Assembly: GCA_002269645.1 (NCBI GenBank)
Contig: NIVC01000335.1
Span: 91,014 to 155,013, forward strand
DNA: 64,000 bases
Source: Macrostomum lignano
Lineage: Eukaryota
Direction of reading: 5' to 3'
Numbering within the stretch: position 1 is the stretch's first letter; each line of letters opens with the position of its first letter. The notes below the pieces were generated by a model that was not told the origin of the DNA, did no database searches, and saw nothing but the letters and a program-made list of their open reading frames with translations. The translations under genes were made by a program, and so were the position numbers. Shown piece by piece: positions 1-11,535 of the stretch.

Positions 1-945
1 AGGGTATAGGGATGGTATGGAGGGTATAGGAATGGTATGGAGGGTATAGGAATGGTATGGAGGGTATAGGGATGGTATGGAGGGTATATGGAGGGTATGA
101 ATGGGTATAGAAGGGTATGGAGGGTATAGGGAGAGTATTGAGGGTATATGGAAGGCATAGAGAGTACAAGGAGGCCATGTATGGGTATAGAAAAAATATG
201 GAGGGTATGGAGAGTATAGGGAGGGTATAGAGGGTATAGGGAGAGTATTGAGGGTATAAGGAGGGTATAGAGAAGGTATGCAAGGGTGTAGAGAGGTATG
301 GATGGATATAGGAAGTGTATGGAGGGCATAAGGGGTACAAGGACGATATGGAAGGTAAAGGGAGGGCATGAAGAGTATATGGAGGGCATAAGGGGTACAG
401 GGAGGGTATGGAGGGTATAGAAAGGGTATAAATGGGTATAGGAATGGTATGGAGGGTATAGGGAGGGCATAAGGGATATAAGGAGGTATGGAGGGTGTAA
501 AGAGGTATTGATGGATATAGGAAGAGTATAGAGAGATATGGATGGGTATAGGAAGGATATGGAGGGTATGGAGAGATATAGGCAGGGCATGGAGGACATA
601 TTGAGGGAGGGTATAAGGGTATAGAGGGTATAGGAAGGGTATGGAAGGTATAGGAAGGGTATGGAAGGTATAGGAAGGGTATGGAGGGTATAGCGAGGGT
701 ATGGAGGTACAAGGAGGGTATATAGGGAGGGTATAAATGGGTATAGGGAGAGTATAGAGTATGGAGGGTATAGAGAGATATAGGGAGAGTATACAGAGTA
801 TAGGAAGGTATAGAGTGTACAGAGGGTATATAGAGAGCATTAGGGTATAGGGAAGGGGTATGGAGGATGTAGAGAGATAAAGATGGATATATGAAGAGTA
901 TGGAAGGTACAGGGAGAATATAGGGAGGGTATAGAAGGTATATAA
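1..945. repeat. Degenerate purine-rich tandem repeat (~10-bp unit, AGGGTATAGG-like)
   Basis: Repeated agggtatagg/gatggtatgg variants from base 1, becoming more degenerate towards ~945. Confidence 0.85.
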
Positions 946-2334
946 TTCTGCATCTAAAAAAATTGTTTCTTGGGTAAAAAACAAAGCAAATTAGCAAACC
1001 TATTAAAAAATAACTAGTCATTATTCCCTTAAGCTATGTTAGCTATGGAAATTTTGCATTTAAAACTAAAACCTAAAATAGTCTAAAACCTATAGACTAT
1101 TTTATCCCTAAGCCAATTTGGTCATAGATTATTTAAACAATTTTAATTACCAATCCAAGGCAACAAATATTAATTAACAAAACTAGCATATAAACATAGA
1201 TTTATATTATAAGTAACCATTAAATTTTATAATTTTTTAGAACTATAATATGAAAATGGTTAAATAACATAATCTTACCTAATGCTATATAAATATATAG
1301 ATATATCATAATTAAATAATAATATAACCTTGTATAAGCCTAGCTATACTAGGCCTAGACTTTGATAAAATAAATGTTTGCAGGAAAGAAAAGTCTAGAT
1401 ACAAAATATCTATGATTATGGCCACAATAATTTTAGGGCAAAAACAAAATTTAAATAACAAAAATGAGAATATAGTCAAAACATTCTTATTTTATAAATG
1501 TAGGCCTGGCCTAATGGACTTTTTTATGCTAGAAATTAACCATTTAATTTTTGTTTGGTTTTAAAAAATAAAATGCTTTGATATTAAAAGCTTATTATTA
1601 TCCCCATGCTCCATGCATTAAAACTTGATTTATTTGGTAGGCCTATATTTAATGATCAATGTGCTTCCCAACCCCATCAAGTTTGATTTTAATTTTTCTA
1701 GGCCTAGGCCCCTATGCCAATTGTTAAATAGGTTGTAAATTAGGCCTATCAAATAAAAAATCAAAGTACCTTAGTAATCTGCAATCACCCCATTCCAAAT
1801 TTTCTAGATCCCAATCTGAAATGAAACCAATAGAATAGGTCTAGTCTAGTCTAGTCAGTGTGGCAGAACCAGGTAGTAGGCCTAACGATGATGATATGAT
1901 ATATTTTAATGATATTCTGACAATCCATCTATCTAGGCTAGGCCCCTAAGCCTAAGTCATATCTAATATCCATATCTGTATTTTAGGGATCGCAGTCGCA
2001 GTCAGCTTAAACAAGCCTGCTGCTGGCACTTGTACTCAAAATTAAGCATATTCAAAATTGATGATGTATCGAAAGTTGCTTTAGGAATAACTAACTCTGT
2101 ACAGTGAAATGTATGTAACTCCCGTTTTTTTTATAAACGAATAGAAAGCAATACTATTCAGTTGTGATTAGGCTACAATATTGAATTTTGACGGTACTAG
2201 TTTGTTTGTCATTGTGCAGGCAATATGTACGAGTATCCAGCATGCAGTAAAGGCAACCAGCATGCAGGATATGCATGTTTATCGTACCTAAAATTGTGCT
2301 GAATTCGCGTATAAACTGCTGACACGGGTGAAAA

Positions 2335-2712
2335 GGGTCTCCCTAAAACACGCACCGCCCCGCCCCACAGCGCTACACGTTAAAACAAATTTGACTATAA
2401 CTGAAGACATTTCAAAATGCGTTTTATGTTAAGCTTCAAGCTTTTATTTAACTTAGTTTTTTTACTTTAAAATATCAAATTCCGTGTATAATAAGTGATA
2501 TTATTAATAATATTAATGAAATAATAATAATTTAATTTAATAATGCAAACGAGAATATGAAAAATAATAATAATATTTAAGGTAATAATTAAAGTTAATT
2601 ATTATGTTACTCTTACAACCAATAGTTTTCTTTGCAATCGAAATACTGCATTGACAAAAATGTTATAATGTGTAGCGGTCGGGGCGGTGCGGTGCGTGTT
2701 TTAGGGAGACCC
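2335..2712. mobile_element. MITE / non-autonomous DNA transposon, 378 bp, 8-bp TSD
   Basis: 24-bp perfect TIR GGGTCTCCCTAAAACACGCACCGC at 2335 with its reverse complement ending at 2712 (imperfect to ~45 bp). Flanking 8-bp direct repeat GGTGAAAA at 2327-2334 and 2713-2720. AT-rich non-coding interior. Confidence 0.9.
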
Positions 2713-3938
2713 GGTGAAAATTAATTAGGCCTAAAACAAGTTCTGTTAAACTAATCAAAAGGCTTACGCTTATTGTAAAGAAAACTTTATATTATTAAGG
2801 ATAAACAGGCTTTAGTTCTGTATATTTTTATTGAAAAGTACCATATAAGTTCCTTTTTGTTATTGTGTGAAATTGTTTACACCTATCTTTTTTGACTTGT
2901 CAAGACGATTATTTTATGTCAATTGAAACTAAAAAAATGAAAGTTTATGACACTTAAAGTTTATGAGACTAAAAATAGCCTTAGGCTCAAGATCTACGAG
3001 AGCGGCAAAAAAACTTCAAAATATTCTAAGATAAACTACTCATTCAATTTTTTTCTTTTTGTTGAACTTATACATTATACTATAGTCGAGTTATAGAAGG
3101 TTTTTTTAGTTTTTATAATTATTAGAAATATTGTATACAAATTGTATAAAAGACAAAAATTACAATTGATTTGATTTTTAATAATAACATAACAAACCTA
3201 CTAATAAAACCTGTTATAATTGAACTTTAATGTCTAATTGTCAAAACGAACTTTAATTTATATATTCAATTTATTCATGTGTTGATTTTTCAAACTATCT
3301 GCAGTATAAATTACAACTATGTTACTGCAGTGCAGCACAATGCAATCTAATTTTACAAGGCTCAAAATATCAGAGTTTCTGTCTGTGTATTTTGTCTTTA
3401 ATGTTTTTTCTCAGCAAAATTAATTCCTATCTTTTTTAGAGAATCTTGATTTAGAGATAATACAAAAAATAATCTTGACAATGTGCTGATTATAGAATTT
3501 ATGGCACAGTACCATAAAATACTATTTCTTTTGTAAGTATGATGTACATATTTATGTTGCTAGTAATGAAAAACATTGTCAATTTTTGTCCTATAGTGAT
3601 TATAATGACCTTTGTGTAGTTTTTGCCAATGAAAATGACTAGATTCTAGGTAAAACTATGAATTTCCATTCCTTATTTAAAATATTTAAAATTAATTTTG
3701 TCTGAAATGTTAAACTTTATCAATGAAATATAAGAGTCACAATGTGTTTAATATATCAACCTATACATGTATATGGTTTGCCAAGTTTGTTTGTCATCAT
3801 TAATCTATATACAAGTTGTTTATTTTCTTACTTGGCATTGCAGGGCCATTGGGGAATAAAGTATAATAGTATGTCAAAATGGGCTCCAACATGTGCAGAG
3901 CGCGTCACAGGGGCATCAATGTGGCCCTAAACTCGCAG

Positions 3939-6900
3939 GCCATCACTCCGACTCCAGCTCTGCCCCGCTGTCTGCTCTGCTGCAAGTTCAACAGAATCGG
4001 CCTCCAATAGCGGTGTGCCACTTGTTGCCAGGCGATCCTACCTGCGCCGTGTTTGATGGTTTTCCTTCAATTTTCAACAAATTTACAATCGCCAATGAAG
4101 CTCTTAAAGCTGAACCAGATGAGGAACAAATACGCACTGTGTTTTTCTTCCACGGCGTTGGTGGCAGTTGCGACGTGTTTTTCTTTCAGATTGGCTTTCT
4201 GCATCGAATGGGATACGAGGTTTGAGAGACTCATTGTGCTAGGGTTGGTGTGTTGGGTTTGTTGTGCTAGTGTTGGTGTGTTGGGGTGGTTGTGCTAGGG
4301 TTGGTGTGTTGGGGTGGTTGTGCTAGGGTTGGTGTGTTGGGGTGGTTGTGCTAGGGTTGGTGTGTTGGGGTGGTTGCGCTAGGGTTGGTGTGTTGGGTTT
4401 GTTGCGCTAGGGTTGGTGTGTTGGGTTTGTTGCGCTAGGGTTGGTGTGTTGGGTTTGTTGCGCTAGGGTTGGTGTGTTGGGTTTGTAGTGCTAGGGTTGG
4501 TGTGTTGGGTTTGTTGTGCTAGGGTTGGTGTGTTGGGGTGGTTGTGCTAGGGTTGGTGTGTTGGGGTGGTTGTACTAGGGTTGGGCGTGTTGGGGTGGTT
4601 GTGCTAGGGTTGGTGTGTTGGGGTGGTTGTGCTAGGGTTGGTGTGTTGGGGTGGTTGTGCTAGGGTTGGGCGTGTTGGGGTGGTTGCGCTAGGGTTGGGC
4701 GTGTTGGGGTGGTTGCGCTAGGGTTGGTAAGTTGGGGTGGTTGTGCTAGGGTTGGGCGTGTTGGGGTGGTTGTGCTAGGGTTGGTGTGTTGGGTTTGTTG
4801 TGCTAGGGTTGGTGTGTTGGGGTGGTTGCGCTAGGGTTGGTGTGTTGGGTTTGTTGTGCTAGGGTTGGTGTGTTGGGTTTGTTGTGCTAGGGTTGGTAAG
4901 TTGGGGTGGTTGCGCTAGGGTTGGTAAGTTGGGGTGGTTGCGCTAGGGTTGGTAAGTTGGGGTGGTTGCGCTAGGGTTGGTCTGTTGGGTTTGTTGTGCT
5001 AGGGTTGGTGTGTTGGGGTGGTTGTGCTAGGGTTGGTGTGTTGGGGTGGTTGCGCTAGGGTTGGTGTGTTGGGTTTGTTGTGCTAGGGTTGGTAAGTTGG
5101 GGTGGTTGCGCTAGGGTTGGTAAGTTGGGGTGGTTGCGCTAGGGTTGGTAAGTTGGGGTGGTTGTGCTAGGGTTGGTGTGTTGGGTTTGTTGTGCTAGGG
5201 TTGGTGTGTTGGGTTTGTTGTGCTAGGGTTGGTAAGTTGGGGTGGTTGCGCTAGGGTTGGTAAGTTGGGGTGGTTGCGCTAGGGTTGGTAAGTTGGGGTG
5301 GTTGCGCTAGGGTTGGTAAGTTGGGGTGGTTGTGCTAGGGTTGGTCTGTTGGGTTTGTTGTGCTAGGGTTGGTGTGTTGGTGTGGTTGTGCTAGGGTTGG
5401 TGTGTTGGGGTGGTTGCGCTAGGGTTGGTGTGTTGGGTTTGTTGTGCTAGGGTTGGTAAGTTGGGGTGGTTGCGCTAGGATTGGTAAGTTGGGGTGGTTG
5501 CGCTGGGGTTGGTAAGTTGGGGTGGTTGCGCTAGGGTTGGTAAGTTGGGGTGGTTGTGCTAGGGTTGGTCTGTTGGGTTTGTTGTGCTAGGGTTGGTGTG
5601 TTGGGGTGGTTGTGCTAGGGTTGGTGTGTTGGGGTGGTTGCGCTAGGGTTGGTGTGTTGGGGTGGTTGCGCTAGAGTTGGTGTGTTGGGGTGGTTGTGCT
5701 AGGGTTGGTGTGTTGGGGTGGTTGTGCTAGGGTTGGTGTGTTGGGGTGGTTGTGCTAGGGTTGGGCGTGTTGGGGTGGTTGCGCTAGGGTTGGTGTGTTG
5801 CGGGTTGTGCTAGGGTTGGTGTGTTGGGGTGGTTGCGCTAGGGTTGGTAAGTTGGGGTGGTTGTGCTAGGGTTGGTCTGTTGGGTTTGTTGTGCTAGGGT
5901 TGGTGTGTTGGGGTGGTTGTGCTAGGGTTGGTGTGTTGGGGTGGTTGTGCTAGGGTTGGTGTGTTGGGTTTGTTGTGCTAGGGTTGGTAAGTTGGGGTGG
6001 TTGCGCTAGGGTTGGTAAGTTGGGGTGGTTGCGCTAGGGTTGGTGTGTTGGGGTGGTTGTGCTAGGGTTGGTGTGTTGGGGTGGTTGTGCTAGGGTTGGT
6101 GTGTTGGGGTGGTTGCGCTAGGGTTGGTAAGTTGGGGTGGTTGTGCTAGGGTTTGTCTGTTGGGTTTGTTGTGCTAGGGTTGGTGTGTTGGGGTGGTTGT
6201 GCTAGGGTTGGTGTGTTGGGGTGGTTGTGCTAGGGTTTGGTGTGTTGGGTGGTTGTGCTAGGGTTGGTGTGTTGGGGTGTTTGTGCTAGGGTTGGTGTGT
6301 TGGGGTGGTTGTGCTAGGGTTGGTAAGTTGGGGTGGTTGTGCTAGGGTTGGTGTGTTGGGGTGGTAGTGCTAGGGTTGGTAAGTTGGGGTGGTTGTGCTA
6401 GGGTTGGTGTGTTGGGGTGGTTGTGCTAGGGTTGGGCGTGTTGGGTTTGTTGTGCTAGGGTTGGTGTGTTGGGTTTGTTGTGCTAGGGTTGGTGTGTTGG
6501 GGTGGTTGCGCCAGGGTTGGTGTGTTGGGGTGGTTGCGCTAGAGTTGGTGTGTTGGGTTTGTTGTGCTAGGGTTGGTGTGTTGGGGTGGTTGTGCTAGGG
6601 TTGGTGTGTTGGGGTGGTTGTGCTAGGGTTGGTAGGTTGGGGTGGTTGTGCTAGGGTTGGTGTGTTGGGTCTGTTACGTGTCTGAAAAAGCCTTCTAACG
6701 GCCTTTGACCTGAAATTACAGTACAAATATATATGTTAAACTTTTGTTAAAATTCCTCCAATACAGGTGGTAGCCATGGACCTCTTGGGTCACGGTTGCA
6801 GTCCAGTGAGCAGCTCAGGCCCGGATTACACATTCGAGTCGCTGTGGTTGGACGCGCTAAGTTTGTTTGACAGATTTGCCGCCCCGGGCAAGCGCAACGC

Positions 6901-8307
6901 CGTTATTGCGCATTCATACGGCACGGCGTTTGCTGCCAGGCTGTGCGTCGAACGATCGAAAAGAATCTCCCGCGCCGTTCTCGTCTCCGGCGGCGGACCG
7001 AGCGCGCTAGGTGGTGCGCCAGTCTGTTTAAGCTGCTGCTGTTTCTGTAGTTGCTGTTGCAATGCGTTCTGTCGCTGCTTAGCCAGAATATTAGCGTTTG
7101 CGCCGCGCTCGCGTCCGCCGCTGGGTCGCCGTTCGAGTCCCGCGCTGTTGGAGGCGCCGCCAGAGGTGCTGGCGTGGACGCTGGTGGGCCAAGACTGGCC
7201 AGAGGGCGGCGTTGACTATCACAGGACGGTGGCAGCGCCTGTGATGCTCATGCACGGCTGCGAGGTAAGAGTCTGGTAAAGATCTGGATCCTGCGTGATG
7301 GTTGGAGCTGGTCTGGAGTGTGTTGTTGACTGTTAGAGCTGGTCTGGAGTTTGTTGTTGACTGTTGGAGCTGGTCTGGAGTTTGTTGTTGACTGTTGGAG
7401 CTGGTATGGAGTGTGTTGTTGACTGTTAGAGCTGGTCTGGAGTTTGTTGTTGACTGTTGGAGCTGGTCTGGAGTTTGTTGTTGACTGTTGGAGCTGGTCT
7501 GGAGTTTGTTGTTGACTGTTGGAGCTGGTCTGGAGTTTGTTGTTGACTGTTGGAGCTGGTCTGGAGTGTGTTGTTATTGGCTGTTGGAGCTGGTCTGGAG
7601 TGTGTTGTTATTGGCTGTTGGAGCTGGTCTGGAGTGTGTTGTTGACTGTTGGAGCTGGTCTGGAGTGTGTTGTTATTGGCTGTTGGAGCTGGTCTGGAGT
7701 GTGTTGTTATTGGCTGTTGGAGCTGGTCTGGAGTGTGTTGTTGACTGTTGGAGCTGGTCTGGGGTGTGTTGTTGACTGTTGGAGCTGGTCTGGAGTGTGT
7801 TGTTGACTGTTGGAGCTGGTCTGGAGTGTGTTGTTGACTGTTGGAGCTGGTCTGGAGTGTGTTGTTGACTGTTGGAGCTGGTCTGGAGTGTGTTGTTGAC
7901 TGTTGGAGCTGGTCTGGGTCAAATCGGCAACTACCCTCTAAATGTGCAACCAGGATCGCCTAGTCTCCGCAGAGGATGAAGAATGGATGCTGGAGACACT
8001 GCCCCTGACTAGATTAGTTCGAGTACCCAACGCCGGCCACCTGGTCACTTTAGAGGCCCCAGAAACCGTGAACGCCCATCTCGGCCAGTTCCTGCACTCC
8101 GCCAGACCCGTCGGTCACGGTCGGGTCCCGCCTCTGCCGCCGCCAATCTTTGCTACCGGAGAAATTCGACACAGTCAGCGGCGCCAGCAGCGACGTTGGG
8201 AGCGTCGGGGTAGCCAACAGAGGTCGGATCCGAGTCTGAGCTACACTGCGCCAATTGGAACTGCAATTGCTAGCGAGGGAGTTTACAATCCAGCACTGCA
8301 GTTGTAG
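3939..8307 (+). CDS. ABHD8: ABHD8-like alpha/beta hydrolase (5' end probably incomplete)
   Basis: Exons ~3939-4219, 6767-7264 and 7954-8307 join in phase 0 across GT-AG introns: FFFHGVGGS...GYE|VVAMDLLGHG, nucleophile elbow AHSYG, MHGCE|DRLV (acid), NAGHLVTLEAPETVN (His). The FHGVGGS / GYEVVAxDLxGHG pattern matches recalled ABHD8. The first acceptor (3938) is tentative and no start codon was identified. Confidence 0.82.
4233..6672. repeat. 28-bp G-rich minisatellite filling ABHD8 intron (~87 copies)
   Basis: Unit GTGCTAGGGTTGGTGTGTTGGGGTGGTT with recurring variants (TAAGTT, GCGCTA, GGGTTTG). Confidence 0.97.
7300..7918. repeat. 31-bp minisatellite in ABHD8 intron
   Basis: Unit GTTGGAGCTGGTCTGGAGTGTGTTGTTGACT, ~20 copies. 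Confidence 0.97.
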
Positions 8308-8404
8308 CACCTGCTGCCTCTGACTGCTGGATTTGGCTCTCTTCTCTACCCTCTTCCCTTCTCTACCACTGTCTACCATTGCTGTGTTTCACCCTTACCA
8401 CCAT

Positions 8405-8685
8405 TCCCTTCTCTACCTCTTCTCTCTACCCAACCTGTTTACCCCTCCTTTCTACCCTCCTGTTTATCCCTCCTTTCTACCCCTCCTGTCTACCCCTCCT
8501 ATCTACCATCTGTCTACCCTCCTGTCTACCCTCCTGTCTACCCTCCTGTCAACCCCTCCTGTCTACCCCCCTGTCTACCCTCCTGTCTACCCTCCTGTCA
8601 ACCCCTCCTGTCTACCCCCCTGTCTACCCTCCTGTCTACCCCTTCTGTCTACCCCTTCTGTCTACCCCTCCTGTCTACCCCTCCT
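8405..8685. repeat. 12-bp pyrimidine-rich tandem repeat downstream of the ABHD8 stop
   Basis: Unit TCTACCCTCCTG. Confidence 0.9.
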
Positions 8686-9439
8686 TTTTCTAGCTCTCCA
8701 ATTTTAACTGGTACCTCTTCTGCCTACTTTTTTTTATACATTTCCTTCTGTCAAATTCACTTCGAAGATTTGTAAAACTTCACTCGCGCAGTACTCTAAG
8801 CCTCACCACCTAGCAACTCAAATGCAAGAGAGCCAACGCTCAAAAAGCCTAATCCATATTTCTCCAAATATGTACAATGACTTGTAAATAATGTATATTA
8901 AAAATACGCGGTACTCATCTGTACCAAGTTAGTTTTAGTTAGCCACATAGCTACTGCAAGTCACCAACCGACAGACTCGTATTTAAATAGATTTTTATTT
9001 AATTGCTGTCTACTTAAAACAAAGGAAAGTTTGCTTAAAATAATGTCTTTACTGCTCAAAATCTTTCTACATTTTCATGTGAAAAATACAATAATTTAGG
9101 CCCTAATTTGCTTATAAAAATTAATAATATTTTCAATTATAATTGCGTATACTAAATGCCTTTATATACAGCAGAGCTACACATTCCCTTGAGCATATCG
9201 AGTTTTTGTAACGAAATATTGAGCAATTTTTATCGATCGCGTAATCATATTTTTGTCGTTGTTTTTGCACCTGTCGGCTATTTTTACTGTTCAAAATTAT
9301 TTTACTAAAATTGTACACCACAGAATTGTTTTTTTAATATGAAAAGACTTGAGCAACGAGTTTGTTCTGTTAATTTTCTCATTTTACATAGCTACGCTTG
9401 AAATGATCTGATACATGTATTGCAAGTTGATGCATGTAC

Positions 9440-11290
9440 CAAAGATGCGATGTGAGTAACAAGGATGTGATGTGAGTAACAAGGATGTGATGTGAGTAAC
9501 GAGGATGTGATGTGAGTAACGAGGATGCGATGTGAGTAACAAGGATGTGATGTGAGTAACAAGGATGTTATGTGAGTGACAAGGATGTGATGTGAGTAAC
9601 AAGGATGTTATGTGAGTGACAAGGATGTTATGTGAGTGACAAGGATGTGATGTGAGTAACGAGGATGTGATGTGAGTAACAAGGATGTTATGTGAGTAAC
9701 GAGGATGTGATGTGAGTAACAAGGATGTTATGTGAGTAACGAGGATGTGATGTGAGTGACAAGGATGCGATGTGAATGACAAGGATGTGATGTGAGTAAC
9801 AAGGATGTTATGTGAGTAACGAGGATGTGATGTGAGTGACAAGGATGCGATGTGAATGACAAGGATGTGATGTGAGTAACAAAGATGTGATGTGAGTAAC
9901 AAGGATGTGATGTGAGTAACAAGGATGTGATGTGAGTAACAAGGATGTGATGTGAGTAACAAGGATGTTACATTACATTACATTACAACGACGCTAGGGT
10001 GGGGGGGGGCGCTAGCGCGCACACGATTGCGGAAAAGAGGGGGAGGGCGGGTCGCAGCAGTCTGGGGGGGGGTCAGTCCAATTGCCTCCAGGTCGGCAAC
10101 AAGTGTCTCCCGGAGCGTCTGGGTCCGCCCTTGGCCGCGGCGGAACCGTTCGGTCGGCGGGTGCAGAACGGCCAGTCCGAGCGGGTTGTCGTCGCCGCGG
10201 GCGAACCGCCGCAGGCAGTGTCCCAGCAGGGCCTGGCGACGCCGGCGGAGGGTGGCGCTGAGGGACGGCGATTTCGATCTCGCCATCAGCTGGGCCGTCG
10301 GGAGGACGGCCGGGTAGCGCACGCCCAGCGCCTTGCGCAGCAGGTTGCGGTGAATCGCGTCCAGGGCCCGCTCTCGCGTGGTTGTCATCGGGACAGCCTC
10401 CATGCCGTAGAGAAGGATCGGCTCTATGGCGGCGCGGAACAGGTGGAGCCGTCAGCAGGACGGCTTTAGCCTGGCGTCCCGACACCCTGGTGACGGCAGT
10501 TATGGACCCGTACCACAACTCCAAGGCGTTTGTTGACTCCAGCGATGGCCCTACGGACGAGTTTGGTACCACTTCCGGGGTCCTGCAAGGGGACCCGCTA
10601 TCTCCCCTGCTTTTCATTCTGGCTGTTGACTGCATTCTGCGCCGCTGCCTTCGAGACGACGACAGCTTTGTCCTCGCGCCTCAGCGTAGCTCCCGCCACA
10701 CTGCTGTGACGCTCCCAGCCCTCGCCTACGCTGACGACATCGCGCTGCTGTGCCGAGACCCTATAGCAGCCCAGCACGCTCTCAATCGACTCTCCGAGGA
10801 AGGCGCTCGGATCGGCCTGCAGATTAACGCAGGCAAGACGGAGGTGCTGCACGTGGGTGCTGACAATGCCCCACCGCTGACCCTTCCCAATGGCGAGGCC
10901 ATCTCAACGTGCAGCGACTTCCGGTACCTAGGCACCCTCGTGATGAGCCCAGAGGCGACCCAGGCCTGGCGCGCCATGCACCACCTCAGGCCGATCTTCA
11001 CCTCCGGAGCGCGGGACGACCTGAAGATCCACCTGTTCCACCAACAAGGATGTTATGTGAGTAACAAGGATCTTATGTGAGTAACAAGGATGTTATGTGA
11101 GTAACAAAGATGTTATGTGAGTAACAAGGATGTTATGTGAGTAACAAGGATGTTATGTGAGTAACAAGGATGTTATGTGAGTAACAAAGATGTTATGTGA
11201 GTAACAAGGATGCGATGTAAGTAACAAGAATGCGATGTGAGTAACAAGAATGCGATGTGAGTAACAAAGATGTGATGTGAGTAACGATGT
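9440..11290. repeat. 20-bp minisatellite split by a retrotransposon insertion
   Basis: Unit GTGAGTAACAAGGATGT(G/T)AT at 9440-9970 and again at ~11043-11290. Confidence 0.95.
9971..11042 (-). mobile_element. 5'-truncated, 5'-inverted non-LTR retrotransposon fragment (RTE-like)
   Basis: The + segment ~10450-11039 encodes RT motifs (GVLQGDPLSPLLFI, LAYADDIALL, FRYLGT). The - segment ~10447-9986 encodes the next part of ORF2 (HLFRAAIEPILLYGMEA...LRRRRQALLGHCLR) and ends in a (TAATG)3 tail at 9971-9985. Candidate 13-bp TSD AACAAGGATGTTA (9958-9970 and 11043-11055). Clade assignment is tentative. Confidence 0.88.
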
Positions 11291-11535
11291 TGTGATGCAA
11301 GTACACACAACAATGACGTGATATAAATAGTTAGTGTGTGATACAGGTAACAAGGATGCAATTTGTGTACAGATAAAAAAATAAAATAGATGATCACGCT
11401 TGAGTTTGAGCTGTTTAGCGATGTCGTGTACAGGTTGCACATGGTTGAGTCTGTGAAGGGTTTCAAGTGAAGTGAAAGGTTTCTATTTTGCTTTTTTCTT
11501 AAAAGAAAGTCCAGATTTTTTATTCTTTTTTTCAG

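Noticed and set aside
4233-6672. Interstitial telomeric repeat
   Set aside because: The unit contains CTAGGG once per 28 bp, not tandem TTAGGG.
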